A stretch of 64,000 nucleotides of DNA from Nymphaea colorata. Taxonomy: Eukaryota. A program made the translations under genes and the position numbers. Position 1 is the stretch's first letter. Each line of letters starts with the position of its first letter. Where the stretch lies: the NCBI RefSeq assembly GCF_008831285.2, contig NC_045138.2:15190001-15254000 (forward strand), in the 5' to 3' direction. This document shows, in pieces, positions 26,075-37,755 of this stretch. A model generated the notes under the pieces. It was not told the DNA's origin. It saw only the letters and a list, made by a program, of their open reading frames with translations, and did no database searches.

Positions 26075-29000
26075 CGTGCAAACAAGAGAGAGAGAGTAAG
26101 AAAGAGAGAGAGCTTACCCTCTTCTCAAAGCATCTGTTTTTTCTTTTTAGGCGAAATTTAGTCAAGGCAGCTTCTCGATGTGTACTACGATCATGATCCA
26201 TCATCGTACTGTTACTGGCTTCAAAGATATCAACATTATTAGTTCCAAAATTGGCACCATTGTCAGCAGCTGCACTTCCATCTTCAACATTATGATTACT
26301 TCCGTAGTCAGTGGGATCACTTCTGCTACTTGCATTTCGAGCAAGACCAGTGGCAGATGAAGGTATTCCGCCCACAACAATTGCAGAGTCTTGAGCAACC
26401 TCTTGTTCCACTAGCCCTTGGTTATGGTCATCTGAATGATGCTCATGTTCAGCGTGCAGCTCGCCATAATAAGCATGCTTTACATCATATTTCTCCATTA
26501 CCTTTTTATCTATAGGATGATGCCATGCCAAACCAGATTCTGAATAAAAAATCGGCTGCAACAGAGCACCATAGCTGGTACACAAGCCGTTGAAAGGAAT
26601 TGCTCCAACTGGAATAGGCAAGGGTACCACACCAACTTGAGCATGAGGGCATACTACTTCTTTGGTTATTCTGCAACTAGAATCAGAGTCATCAACTGAA
26701 GGTCCAACCACACAGAAGCCTAAATTTTCCCCTTTACCATGTTGACAAGATGCCACAGCTTCACATGCACTTCCTTCAGGCGATTTGATGATTGCTTTAC
26801 AAGCAAAATCAACAGGACCAACATTAGCATCAAATTGTCTGTCACTGTCACAATTCCGCATGTAACCATGATGATTTCCTTTATCTCCATACCTTAGAAA
26901 AAAAAAGGTACTCAGAAATGAAATATAGATGTGATACCTCCAAGATAAAAACAGCAAGCAAGGAAGAAATGGTAGCTTCATCGTGTTAAGCATTTCTGTT
27001 AAACCAAGAACAGTTCCTATTATCAGAAACTCATAAATAAGTTAGCAAACACTGAGAAGCCAGAAATGGACACTATACAAGTTGAAAGCAGCAAGCAGGA
27101 GACAAGAAATGGTAGCTTGATCATGTTAAGCACTTCTCTTAACCAGAATAGTTCCTATTACAGGAAATTCACAAATAATAAGTTAGCAAACAGTGAGAAG
27201 CCGTGATTGGGCTTTAGGTACTGATAACCCAAAAAAACGTTTATCAGTTTATACAATATTAAAGCAATATTGTCTCACATTAATGTTGGCTCATACCTTT
27301 TCTTTTGAATATAACTGAATCTTGTTATAGATAAGTTGCTCACATGAAGTACACAGAATCACCACAGATAAAAAGCAAAATAGATGTGCAAAGTCTCTTA
27401 TCAACCTTCGGATCAAGGATCATCAAATGACTAGTCCATGCCTTAAAATTGATGGGGCCTATAAAAATGACTAGCCAACTGACTTGCTGGTAACAGTATG
27501 GTCATTGATCAACTAGTTTTTTACTAGGTTTAAGAATCTTTTGGGAACCTTTTCTTGCGAAGTTTCTGTTTAATATTTTTGCAACCTTTTAATAGGAAGG
27601 GAGGAACTCTGCTCTCTCTTTCTTTCTATCTCTCTCTTTTCTTTTAGGCTTTTAGCTTATTTTTTCTCTTTTCTGTTTAGATTTTTGTTCTGAATTTCTG
27701 CTGTGGCTCTCTTTCTTTTCGTTGAAAAATTACAGAAAGTGTTTAATACTTGCGAAAATAACAAACCACTACTCAATGTTTAAGTTAAAAACGGGTGCTC
27801 AACTTTTGAAAGAAACTCTAAGAGCTGCCAACAAACAGAAAATTTAGTCTTTGATAAAATGACAAAAACTCTTACAAATCATTTGTTCCCTCGACCAACA
27901 AAAGATACCTTTTGTCTCTAGAATGGGTATCTTTATCATGTTATATCAAAAATAATGTTCCCTTTTCGTTAGCTCCCTGCTAACTGAAACTCACGCACTC
28001 AGAACAGAAGCCCAGCCTCTGCGAAGGAAGTATGATCGTATTTCCATATTAGGGTTAACTCCCTCATTACAACTATAAGTATGGAATAACAGGGTCGGTA
28101 TTGACCTAATCTACTGACCCAAGCTGATAAAAACCCGACTCACATAGTCAGTGTCTAACATCCACCCCCCCAACCCTTAAGAGACACCTTTGTCCACAAG
28201 GTGTGAGAGTGGGGAACCTAGCTTGAATATCTTCTGCTGCCTCCCACGTTGTTGGAATGTTGTCATGATCTGTCCATTATATTAGCCATTCTGTCACCCG
28301 TGTCCCTGCCTTCTTGAGCTTGCGACTGCCCAGACACCTGTAAGGTTGCCTGGGACCTGGTTCCTCAATTGTTGATGCAGAACTAGCTTCCTGCTCACTA
28401 GCAGTGGTGGGCAGGGTTTCAATTTGGACACATGGAAGACTGGGTGAATGGAACTTCCTGTTGGTAACTGCAAGTCATAAGCCACTTCTCCAATGCATAG
28501 GTTAATTCTGTAAGGGCCTACATAACGAGAAACCAGTTTATTGTACCCTTTTAGTAGGTAAATCTTTGAGAATTCCTTTCAAAAGTTAATTGCCTATTTG
28601 TCAAGTTTTAAGGGCATGTTTGGTGACACCCTTAAATGCTGATTTGGAGACAAAATAGTGTTTCGCCTGCAAAACATTGTTTAAGGTGTGTTTGGGTGAC
28701 AGTCAAAACTAGGAAAACCAAGTTTTGACAAAATGAAAATTTCAAAAGGGAGTGAATGAAACGTTGTTTAGGTCTTGTCACCAAAGACATAAACCAGGTT
28801 TTAAAAATAAAAACTGGTTAGAAAACTTGGTTTTCCCAAAACCAGGTTTTTAGGGTGTTATCAAAACACAACTTTAAGCAGTTATTTGTTATTTACCCAG
28901 ACTGTATGTTCCTTTTTGTAAATTTTTTCTTCTTTCCTTTTCCGGGTTCTAACTTATTTTACTGCATCATTTAGCGTGTTATTGTTGCAATTTTTTTTGC

Positions 29001-32000
29001 ATGTTCAGCATTTTCTTGGCTCACCCTTTTTCAGTGCAGCAGTCAAGGATTCAAAGGAACTAACTATTGAACACTGTAAATAACCAATGTATATTGTTGT
29101 TCATTAGTGTCTTTTACTTCTTCCGACATTTTAAGTATTGTGTTTCTATTTTTTGTTTTACTGATTTTCTTTTTGAAGACTGATTTCACCACCTCGGACT
29201 GACTAGTTCCAAGCAGTGTCTTAAGGAGCTTGACCAACTTGTATTAGACTTTGCATTTCAATTACTTGGATGATAGTCCGTCTTCCTTTGAAGGAATCTA
29301 ACCACCAACTATTAGATATAACTATTCAAATTTTTGTAACCTTGTTTGTCTATTTTTTACTAGGTTTGGTCATACTTAAATATAAAAAAGGATCATTTTC
29401 AATATTGTGAAGTGAAATGTTGAAAGTTCATGGAGGTAAAGACAGTTTAAAGACAAGTATGACATGTAGGATGGTTAAGCAACTCACTAAGCATGATTCA
29501 TATTTCATAACATCCTTTACTTTTGAAGATAAGATCTATGTAGATGAAAAGTGTAGGACCCATCATCATGGTTATCACCTATCAGTCTAAGCAATAGAGT
29601 GGTCATGTAATATCCTGCATCATATTGTTCCTCTGGTTAAATTTAGGAAAGTCCCAACAATTTAAAAAAAAAAAATTAAAAGAATGGAAAGAGTCAATAA
29701 AAAGAAAGAAATGAATTTACTTACCTAATAAAGGTACATTAACAAAAGTTGCTGATTGATGTGTACCAAAAGAGTCACACCTCCTATGTCAGGATTTTTT
29801 TTATTTAGTTTCTCCATGTAATTCTCTCCAGCCTATAAGCTGGATGAAAGTATGGTTCACCAGATAATAATGCTGGGAACAGAATATGGTTTGTCAACAT
29901 GAAAGAAATAAGTTCTCTACTAGATCGTTCTGCTCAAAAAGGAAAGCAAAGGCCAGGGAAGAGATCAAATGAGTGATGCTTTCAAAATTGGAACTAGAGG
30001 TACCTAAGAAGAGAAATATCTCGAGCAGTAAGAACCATATCTGCTCATTGATGTGAAAATTATAATTAGCAATTTCAAAGACAGCTTTGTGTTGAATGGG
30101 TCATCTTAACTCACCCAGCTATTTTGGCATGCTCTAAACTAAGTGGCTAGAAAAACAGGAGATATATCCACCACAAGTCTGGATAGACAGAAGGCAAACA
30201 TGGAAGTGGCACCAATTTGAGCAGAACATACACACAAGAGCCCTTTAAAATGTTAGCATTAATTCGTAGAAGACATCCTGGCAGAAAGGGAAGCCTAAAT
30301 GGAAAAGATATTCCATGATTTATCGTGTCTTACCAGAAAGAGGTAAGCTTTCCTTTGGTTGTTCCGCAGGGACAGGCATTTCATCTCAGGAGTCAGGATA
30401 TCTTTGGAAACATGTATTGTGCATAACTGAGGATACAATTATTCCATTCACATTGCGCATCTAAAGAGATATGCACAAAGCAAGCTGGGGTTAGGTACGA
30501 GTCCTACCAGATTGTTACCACAAGACCAGCCCGACTTATTGATTTCTTGACTAGCTTCATCCTGAAAGTTTTCTCTGGCACAAACAAAATATGTATTTTC
30601 CTTTTTTTAACACATCATGTCCACTCTTAATCTTACTTAGATAATCCGCAAGCCGCACAACAAATAGACTGAAGTTTGATGTGAGAATGCTTCTTAAAGG
30701 CTGAAGTGCAATGCTTTTGTTTTCTATGTAAGTGACTCAAAACGAAAACAAAAAAGATTGAGACAAGAGAACAGAACTGACCTAGAAAATGCAGAGGCAT
30801 TGGAATGGTTTAGGACATGCTTGTGTTGAAACTCTTGCTCATCTAAGCTACCAAAAAGCGGCCTTCTGAGGGGAAGTTCCCAACATGGCTTGGCAACAAC
30901 CTTAGGCGCATTTTCATTCTGACTCAAGAACTGTTCTTCTCCAACCAGAAGCCCAGCCACACGAGAAACATTATCCGGGCCCTCGCACTCGTGTTTTTGT
31001 TGACCAGTAGTTCCAACAACAAAATCAATGACTTCCTTTGAGCATCCATCATTAAGATCATTGTCGAATTCAGGATCATTAGAACCCTCTTTACAGCTGG
31101 TGGAACCTGCATTCTCCAGTATAAATGCAGATTCATCACCAGATTTGCTTCCTTGGACCTGTTTAGAGGATGAAGTTGCTTGACTCGGGAGTGACACTTT
31201 TTGTTCAAATGATTTCGACGTATCTGCAAGACAGGAACTGTTGATGTACAATAGTCTGCAAACCAGGAGAGCACTTTTTCCTTTCTACCAAACAAAATGA
31301 AGAATAAGAATATACCATCATCTACCAAATGAATTGTTGAAGCTGCATATTCCTTTTCCGATTTCAAATCAGGTTTACTTGCATGTAGCTGTGCTTCATC
31401 ATGGAGAGACTTGTCCTCTGTCTCATGAGGCAAACCTTCAAGTCCTCTGCTTGGAGTGTCAGATTGCCCACAAGAACTCTTGGAAAATCATGGGATGAAT
31501 AAGTCAACGAAAAGAACATGGCACCTCCGGAAAAATCTTATACTACTTATGAAATACAATTAATCAAAATTGAACAATGTTGAGCAAAAATAAGCAAGAG
31601 GCTGACCGCTGAAACTCGAGAATAGCTACTGAGATAGTTTCTCATAAACATATCATGTCTATCATGTTCACACATTTTTTAAGGACAAAGTTGCACCGTA
31701 TACAACTCATGTCCTCGGTCTTAACAAGCACAAAAGATAACTCAAACGATCTTGGGAAAACATATATTTTCAAACTGCTAGCACACAGAAAATAAAAGAA
31801 TATTATCTATTTGATGACTTTAGGAATATCACCTGAGTATCACTCCCCTTCTCACAGCTTTGTCCGGTTTTCAGGCTGTTATCAGAATTTATACTCATAC
31901 GGTTACTAGCTATGTTATTGTCCGAAATCGCACCGATCCTGCCCGGGCCAGGAATTTCATTGCCAAAGCAATTTCCGCTACTACCAGACTGAGATGGATG

Positions 32001-32874
32001 CAATTTGCCACTAATCAATTCAAGGTGACATTTATTTGACAGTCGAGGTCATCAATAAGAAATTCAATATGCATGAGTAAAGATCTTACACATCGTCTCC
32101 TCCACACGTGCTGCCACAAATTCCTTAGCTCATTCTTGCGCACGGGCTTCACGAGGAAATCGGCAGCACCTTTGAGCATACAGTTGAAGACTATGCCCAT
32201 CGAGTCGTGCGAGGACATCACTACCGATTCCCCAAACAATCCAAGAGAAACGCACAAATTTTATCAAAAATATTCTCGTGCAATCAATCATAGAATCTAA
32301 CTCTGACAAAATCAAATGCTTACTGATAACGGGCAAATTCTTGCAGACATCGTTGCCCATAATTTTGGATAGGAGGTCGATTCCGGATAGCGATGGCGTC
32401 ATAACCTCAGTGAGCACAAGATCGACCTTGTAATGCCCCTCCTTCAAGATTGTCCACGCTCTGAGCCCGTCGGCCACTGCCACGACTGCTCCAAGATCCA
32501 TAAAATCACTCAAATTCTGACGCGTTCGGGAAACCTTAAAGCCCATTACAATCTCATAGGCTCCACATAACGACGCATAGACAGGATCCTAGATATGAGT
32601 GAGACAGAGAAAGAGATGGACAGAGAAAGAGACCTTGGTAGCTGCATTTTTTTAGGAGGACGGTGACGATTTGGCGCGTGGAATCGTCATGCTCGACGAG
32701 CAGGACCCTGAGGAACCGCCATGGAAGGAAGCGATCCCACCGAATGATCCGCCCCCCCGCCCGCGGCGCGGCCCCGGTGCTCGGCGCCGCCACAGGCCGG
32801 GCGGCCTCCTCCGTCGCCGACGTTCCGGTGACATCCGGCGGCTCCGCCGTATCCTCCCCGGCCCTACGGTCCAT
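25779..32874 (-). CDS. PRR95: Pseudo-response regulator (two-component response regulator-like, PRR5/PRR9/PRR95 type); about 727 aa, 8 coding exons
   Basis: Exons on the minus strand: 32874-32634, 32485-32324, 32220-32090, 31988-31833, 31478-31316, 31223-30782, 26892-26118, 25892-25779 (2184 nt, in frame). Pseudo-receiver [14 protein letters not shown]...DLVLTEV has Glu at the phospho-Asp position, followed by [26 protein letters not shown]. Also [20 protein letters not shown] and the CCT domain [43 protein letters not shown]. The family call is firm; the exact orthology and symbol are less certain. Confidence 0.9.
26027..26112. repeat. Compound (TA)n(GA)n microsatellite next to the donor site of PRR intron 7
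   Basis: Directly visible in the sequence. Confidence 0.9.
26952..27202. repeat. Tandem duplication, period about 137 bp, in PRR intron 6
   Basis: CAGCAAGCA..AAGAAATGGTAGCTT.ATC.TGTTAAGCA.TTCT...AGTTCCTATTA...AATAAGTTAGCAAACA.TGAGAAGCC at 26952 and 27089. Confidence 0.85.
27939..28560 (-). mobile_element. 5'-truncated Ty3/gypsy chromovirus remnant (integrase C-terminus, chromodomain, PPT, candidate 3' LTR) in PRR intron 6
   Basis: The minus strand reads [47 protein letters not shown] (GPY/F motif). After a frameshift it reads [38 protein letters not shown] (chromodomain-like). A G-rich PPT lies at about 28176-28161, followed by TGTTAG at 28160 ... ATAACA at 27939, a candidate 222-bp LTR. 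Confidence 0.82.
28612..28874. mobile_element. Tourist/PIF-Harbinger-like MITE
   Basis: Left end TAA|GGGCATGTTTGGTGACACCCT and right end AGGGTGTTATCAAAACACAACTT|TAA. A second TIR-like pair lies inside (28682 and about 28790). Confidence 0.6.
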
Positions 32875-32905
32875 GCGCCGCCGGAATGCCCGAAAAGCCT
32901 AGCAT
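32864..32905 (-). other. Out-of-frame upstream ORF overlapping the PRR start codon ([13 protein letters not shown])
   Basis: ATG at 32905 is 31 nt upstream of the main ATG at 32874, and its TAG is at 32866-32864. It lies downstream of a probable 5'UTR-intron acceptor (CTCTCTGCAG ending at 32940). Confidence 0.5.
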
Positions 32906-33332
32906 GTGCGCCCGAGCCCAAAGCTTTTCCGGCGTCCTCCTGCAGAGAGAGAAAGATCATACCGGAAAATTTTGCTTTCTTTAAATTTCCATTTTCGGTG
33001 GGATAGAAGACACTCTACTCCATCCAGCAGACACAACAAAAATTTCGGTTCTGCCATCCCCAAAATGACCCAACCGAATCGAGTTGAGATCCAAACATGT
33101 CGTCGTGCAAAACTGCCCATGCCTTGTTATTTGTTAAGCTAATTCTCAGGCGTTAAGAACCGTACCGTTTGGATTCGGGTTTTTGAGGGTCCGAAAACGG
33201 GTTGGAGAACGGAAGCCCTCGATGGCAGGTATGCAAGGTGTCCATGGAACGAGGACTCTTCAGTAAATTCCTAAATAAATTAGGGGACACTTCAGCTACG
33301 AAGGGCGGGGGAGCGACTCGACTAGGGAGAAG

Positions 33333-33426
33333 AAAATATCTCGCGAGGCGATCGAATATCAGCCACGTCAGCGATGGCCCTTCCACCACCTGGCGCCGTT
33401 TCCCCCACTCTTTCTTCAGATATTTT
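33333..33426 (-). promoter_or_regulatory. PRR promoter module: two evening elements flanking a G/C-box-type ACGT site
   Basis: AAAATATCT at 33333-33341, AGATATTTT at 33418-33426 and GCCACGTCA at 33362-33370. GATTCG (LUX-type GATWCG) occurs at 33172-33177 and on the opposite strand at 33075-33080. Confidence 0.75.
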
Positions 33427-34562
33427 CCGCACGTTCCCATTTTTTTTATTTGGTCCACATTTTTAGGCCATATTACAGAAACGTGATTGTTTCATTCATT
33501 CCTTTTTACTTCAGCAGTTTCGGCATACCCTTCGAAATTAGCAGCTTTTAACAAAAATCTGTTAGAGATCGGATCCAGATTGCAGTTTCTGTATGAAGCA
33601 TATATGCACACTTACTTCAGTTCTCCACCTTAACGGTAGAAAAGGATTGATCAAATTCAATTCTATTGATTCTAACTCGTAGTAATCATTTATCAAAAAT
33701 GACTCTGGTTCTCAAATGATTAAACAACCGGCATTTCAAAGTATAGTTTCAAAATTATTCTCGAAAGGAAGAAATGTTTGTGAAAATATTTTTTAATAAA
33801 AAAAAGGCAGAATAGAAAGCTTCTTTGCAAAACCACTTAATGCAGAGACACTGTTAAGCAATATGCACCACAGAATCCGGCATTGCTTTTCGAGACGAGG
33901 AAGAAATCCCGATCTGATCTCATCCCGAAAAATGAGGGGCAATAAATTAAAGTTGAAGTCAGGCAGCAGTTCCACGTTTGATGATGAGATCTCTTCAAGA
34001 ACACATGGTGGAGCAAAGTCTTTGTCATCGCTATTTTCTTTTTTGCTCCTATGGCTTTTAAAATATCCTTTTAATTTTAGAGAAGCGAACCGCATTAAAT
34101 ACAATAAAACTTCTTCCGTTGTTTAAAAAGTTTATATAAAAAAAATAACTTATAAAGTGAGCTACTTGAAATAAGTCAATTGTTTTAGCCGGATACAAAC
34201 TGCCAATTTACGAGATGCTTAAGATGAGGCCCCTCTTTGGGTTTGTGGAAAAAATATATCTCTCCAAAGTAAATTCTTCCTTTTTCAAAAAGTCGGTGGA
34301 ACGTGGTTTGGTCCCTGCCTCCGTTTTATGTTTCTTTTCGTTGCTTTGGAAATTAAGTAGAAAGCGAGACACGCATTTTAAAACAGAATAGGATTTTAAT
34401 AAAAATTAAGTAATTTATCCGATTATGAAATAGAAGCCAAGACCCCTCTCTCTTTCTCTTGATTGTGTCAATATGTGCAAGAGATTGATGATCACGGAAC
34501 TAAACTAGGGATTGCCCTTCTGCCACTCGCTAATCTGACCAATTAAGTCTATTTTAATTTTA

Positions 34563-34772
34563 GCTGGTGTTTGATATATTCATAATCATGAAATTTTATA
34601 ATCAAAATGTTCCATTTTTAAGAAATTGAAATTATTAAACAAACAAAAAGTATTTCGTTTCCAAAATTAAGAACCCAAAACCTGAAATTTTGATTATATG
34701 TTAGTTTGAGGGCGAATTATGATTCTGGAATTTTTATTCTTAAATCAAAATTCCAAACCATTAAACACAAGC
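34563..34772. mobile_element. Possible Tourist-like MITE
   Basis: GCTGGTGTTTGAT ... ATTAAACACAAGC is an 11/13 inverted match around an AT-rich interior. The TSD is unclear. Confidence 0.35.
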
Positions 34773-35597
34773 AATATCCCAATACTTGGATATGGTAAAC
34801 TAATCTAACCGAACTTAATTGATCAATCCATTGATCTCCCTACTTGTTGGCGTTACTTATTGTGGGTTTAAGCTGATACGAAGCGATGCACATCTGCCAA
34901 TACATTCTCAGTGAGCAAAACTACATATGCGTGTACGTGAGAGAAAGAGATTGATGTAAAAATGAATACAATTTTCTGTCCCCAGAAATTAGATGTAACT
35001 AAAAACTTATAAAATGATCATTGTGCTTGTCTTACACAATTGGTTGAACAAAATTAATGAGAAAAGAACAAAGAAAGTCCAGCGGAGGGATGCAGTTCAA
35101 CTCTCGCCAATTTCCGAGTCCCGCAAGTCCCAAGACCTGTTCACCAGTTCCTAGGGAAGCAAAGCCACATCAACCGTTAGGGGTTCAAATCATATCAACA
35201 CATGTGCACGCACAGTAGTACTATTAATTAGTTTATTAATATTGTAAATTGTTTTTTTTAGAAAAACTTTTAGGTGGTAAAATTTAAATGTTCAGAAATT
35301 CAAGGGGACATGACGAGATGAGATTGCATCAAATCTAACTATCTCATGGCTTATCTCATAGTCTGATGGGGTTTATGTGATAGACCCATGAGGCCGATAT
35401 ATGCACTCGTGGCAGCGACACTGGGGAGCCGCGTTATAGAGCGATTGTCCGATGATGTAAGCCATGAGATATAAGATCACCACACTGGCAAGTGGCAACG
35501 TAGAATCATACGATAAAATTTGGCGGTTATTGATATGGACTAAGGACGCTAACCCTCTCAAGAGTAAAGATGAGAACACGAACACGAACACGAACAC

Positions 35598-36260
35598 TCA
35601 CAGTGGTTCATTGTCACATTTGATAGGCCGGCTTGAGCTCCTCTTGCCCGCACCCTCTTGCCAATACACCCTTATAGAGTTGCACTGGAACCACAAGAAC
35701 CGCCGGCGTTGCACGTCACGGAAGGTCTTGAACTGCACCACCGCCGATATCCAGACATCGAACTCAACCTCTCCGGCACTCTGATCGGCAACCACCAGTC
35801 CGGCCACCGGTTCGGTGGCGTATCCCGGCTCCATGGCCAAGTGGGTGCTGATGGTCGTGGTGTTGAGCTTCTGGTGGTAAAAGGGGAGTAGGTTAGTCTT
35901 CGCTTGAACCTCTCCATGGTAGACCATGTAAACTCCGACCTGCCTGTAATCGATGCCGTTATACCTGTTCGGGTTGCCAGCGACTATGTTCAAATCCCAT
36001 CTCGCGGAGGGTCGAGAGCCGGAGAAGTTGAAACAGGCGATGGCGACGGAGAAGCTGGGGTTGCAGGGGCTGGAGGCCATGCAGAAGACAATGAAAATGA
36101 CGAGGATGGAAGAGAGCACCACGACCAAACCAAGATAGAGGAAGGTGTTGCGGAGAGAGCCATTAGAGATAGAGGTTCTCGGTCGGGAACAGTGTTTTGG
36201 GTCGTGAATTCGGGCGGAGGAGCAGCTGGTTCTGATAAGGAGATTCGGTTGCACCGCCAT
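35598..36260 (-). CDS. NDR1/HIN1-like (LEA_2 domain) membrane protein, intronless, 220 aa
   Basis: Start MAVQPNLL is preferred over the upstream in-frame starts. TM helix FLYLGLVVVLSSILVIFIVF, then P.FSV, LNIVAGNPNRYNGIDY, LLPFYHQ and NTT, and C-terminal Cys residues. TATA-like TATAAT lies about 85 nt upstream. Confidence 0.82.
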   Translation of the reverse strand: MAVQPNLLIRTSCSSARIHDPKHCSRPRTSISNGSLRNTFLYLGLVVVLSSILVIFIVFCMASSPCNPSFSVAIACFNFSGSRPSARWDLNIVAGNPNRYNGIDYRQVGVYMVYHGEVQAKTNLLPFYHQKLNTTTISTHLAMEPGYATEPVAGLVVADQSAGEVEFDVWISAVVQFKTFRDVQRRRFLWFQCNSIRVYWQEGAGKRSSSRPIKCDNEPL

Positions 36261-36439
36261 CGATTGCAAGAAGGAGAAGGCAATGAGTTCGCGATCGCGA
36301 GAGGGATCGAGTTTGGCAGGCGACCGGAAACCCAGTCTCATTATAAGTGGGTTGGCAACAGTGAACTGAGTCGTCTGGGCCGGGGCATCGACCATTACCA
36401 AACCAATACAACTGGGTTCGAGTCAAACCGGACCCTCTT

Positions 36440-36491
36440 CCTGTATGTAAACCAGGGCCTGTATGTAAACCAGGCCTGTATGTAAACCAGG
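36440..36491. repeat. 3 x 17/18-bp minisatellite upstream of the NHL gene
   Basis: CCTGTATGTAAACCAGG at 36440, 36458 and 36475. Confidence 0.92.
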
Positions 36492-37289
36492 CAGGCTTTG
36501 TGCGCGCCCTAGGTTTTCGGGCTCAAACAATTTAAGTACTGGGCTCAAGGAAACCGCCGTCGTTCTGTGATGTAATAAAGAGACGCTTACGTTCATCGTG
36601 AACCGTGATGTTTGTTTCCCTTCGTTGTGCCCAACATGCTATGTGCTTTCCTCTTACTGGTTTTGATGGTTAATATTTTCAAAAAACAATCAGATTTCTT
36701 TGGAAGACATTGGGCAGCATGCCAGCATCGGGACTCGGAGACAATTAAGATTTCATGTTTGATCAGTTAAATGATTTTGGGAACGTGATCACGACTTGGT
36801 TTGGTAGTTGGTACCGACGCAGTTCTCATTTTTGGTACTAAGAGAAAAGAGGGAGGGAAGCTTTGGCTGGTGCAGATAATCTACTTACTCATCCGAAACA
36901 TTGGAATTCTAACCACGATTTTTAATCCAAAGCTCTAAATTTTTTGACTGAGAAGTCACCGATTCAAGCTTAATATGGGCAGCACATGTAGTTGGACTCG
37001 GATCCAACTTCTATTTCTATCACAATATAATTTCAGATGAGCTGGTGTGGTCTGTGGGCACTAGCTCACAAGGAGCGCCGCTACAGGTTTTAACTTAAAA
37101 CTGAGGTCGCCTACAGAACGCTGCGTTCTGAACCGCTGTTTTTGACCGTTCCATAACGACATTGCTCGCGTTCCAATCCTTGGAATGCTAGAGCGGAACG
37201 TGCGTCCATAGCATTCCCATAAAAAGAGGTCGGGTATGGGTTGTTCGATCCATCTGTATATCCAAACGACAACTTGAGCAATGGGCTCC

Positions 37290-37755
37290 AAAATATCGGC
37301 GCCGTGTCAGTTTGGAATCGCTGATACGGCCTACGTGCCGATAAATATCGTTGGCTAATATCAGCACATATCGCCTTATTTTTCAAATTTTACCTCAACC
37401 GCATAGCTCTACAATATAGAGTGAAAAAAAGAGATTGAGCGCAATAAAGAGTAAAAAAAAAAAAAAAGAATAGACCAATGTCTAACGAAATAGTAGGGAA
37501 GACATCACCATGCACAAAGTGTGCCATAGTATCCGACTAAGAAGGAGAAAATATGTTTTTCATCCCAAAACAATGATATTGTCTGAATCACTAGGTCCAA
37601 CTTAAAATTTGAAAAATGATTTGGTATATCTGAAATCGATATGAAAGATTAAAAAAAAAAAAAAACTTCTATTGGCCTTGTATTGCATCATTAAACAACC
37701 AATACAATAAGTATTGGCCGATACACCTCCATATGAAGCGATACTGACAATACTG
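37290..37755. mobile_element. Degenerate hAT-like non-autonomous element
   Basis: TATCGG/CCGATA/GATAC subterminal motifs cluster at both ends. The right end is GATACTGACAATACTG (a CAGTATTG-type TIR); no left TIR is recognisable. Confidence 0.4.

Noticed and set aside
35904..36485. 193-aa plus-strand ORF
   Set aside because: Antisense shadow of the GC-rich NHL gene; its tail is just the translated minisatellite.
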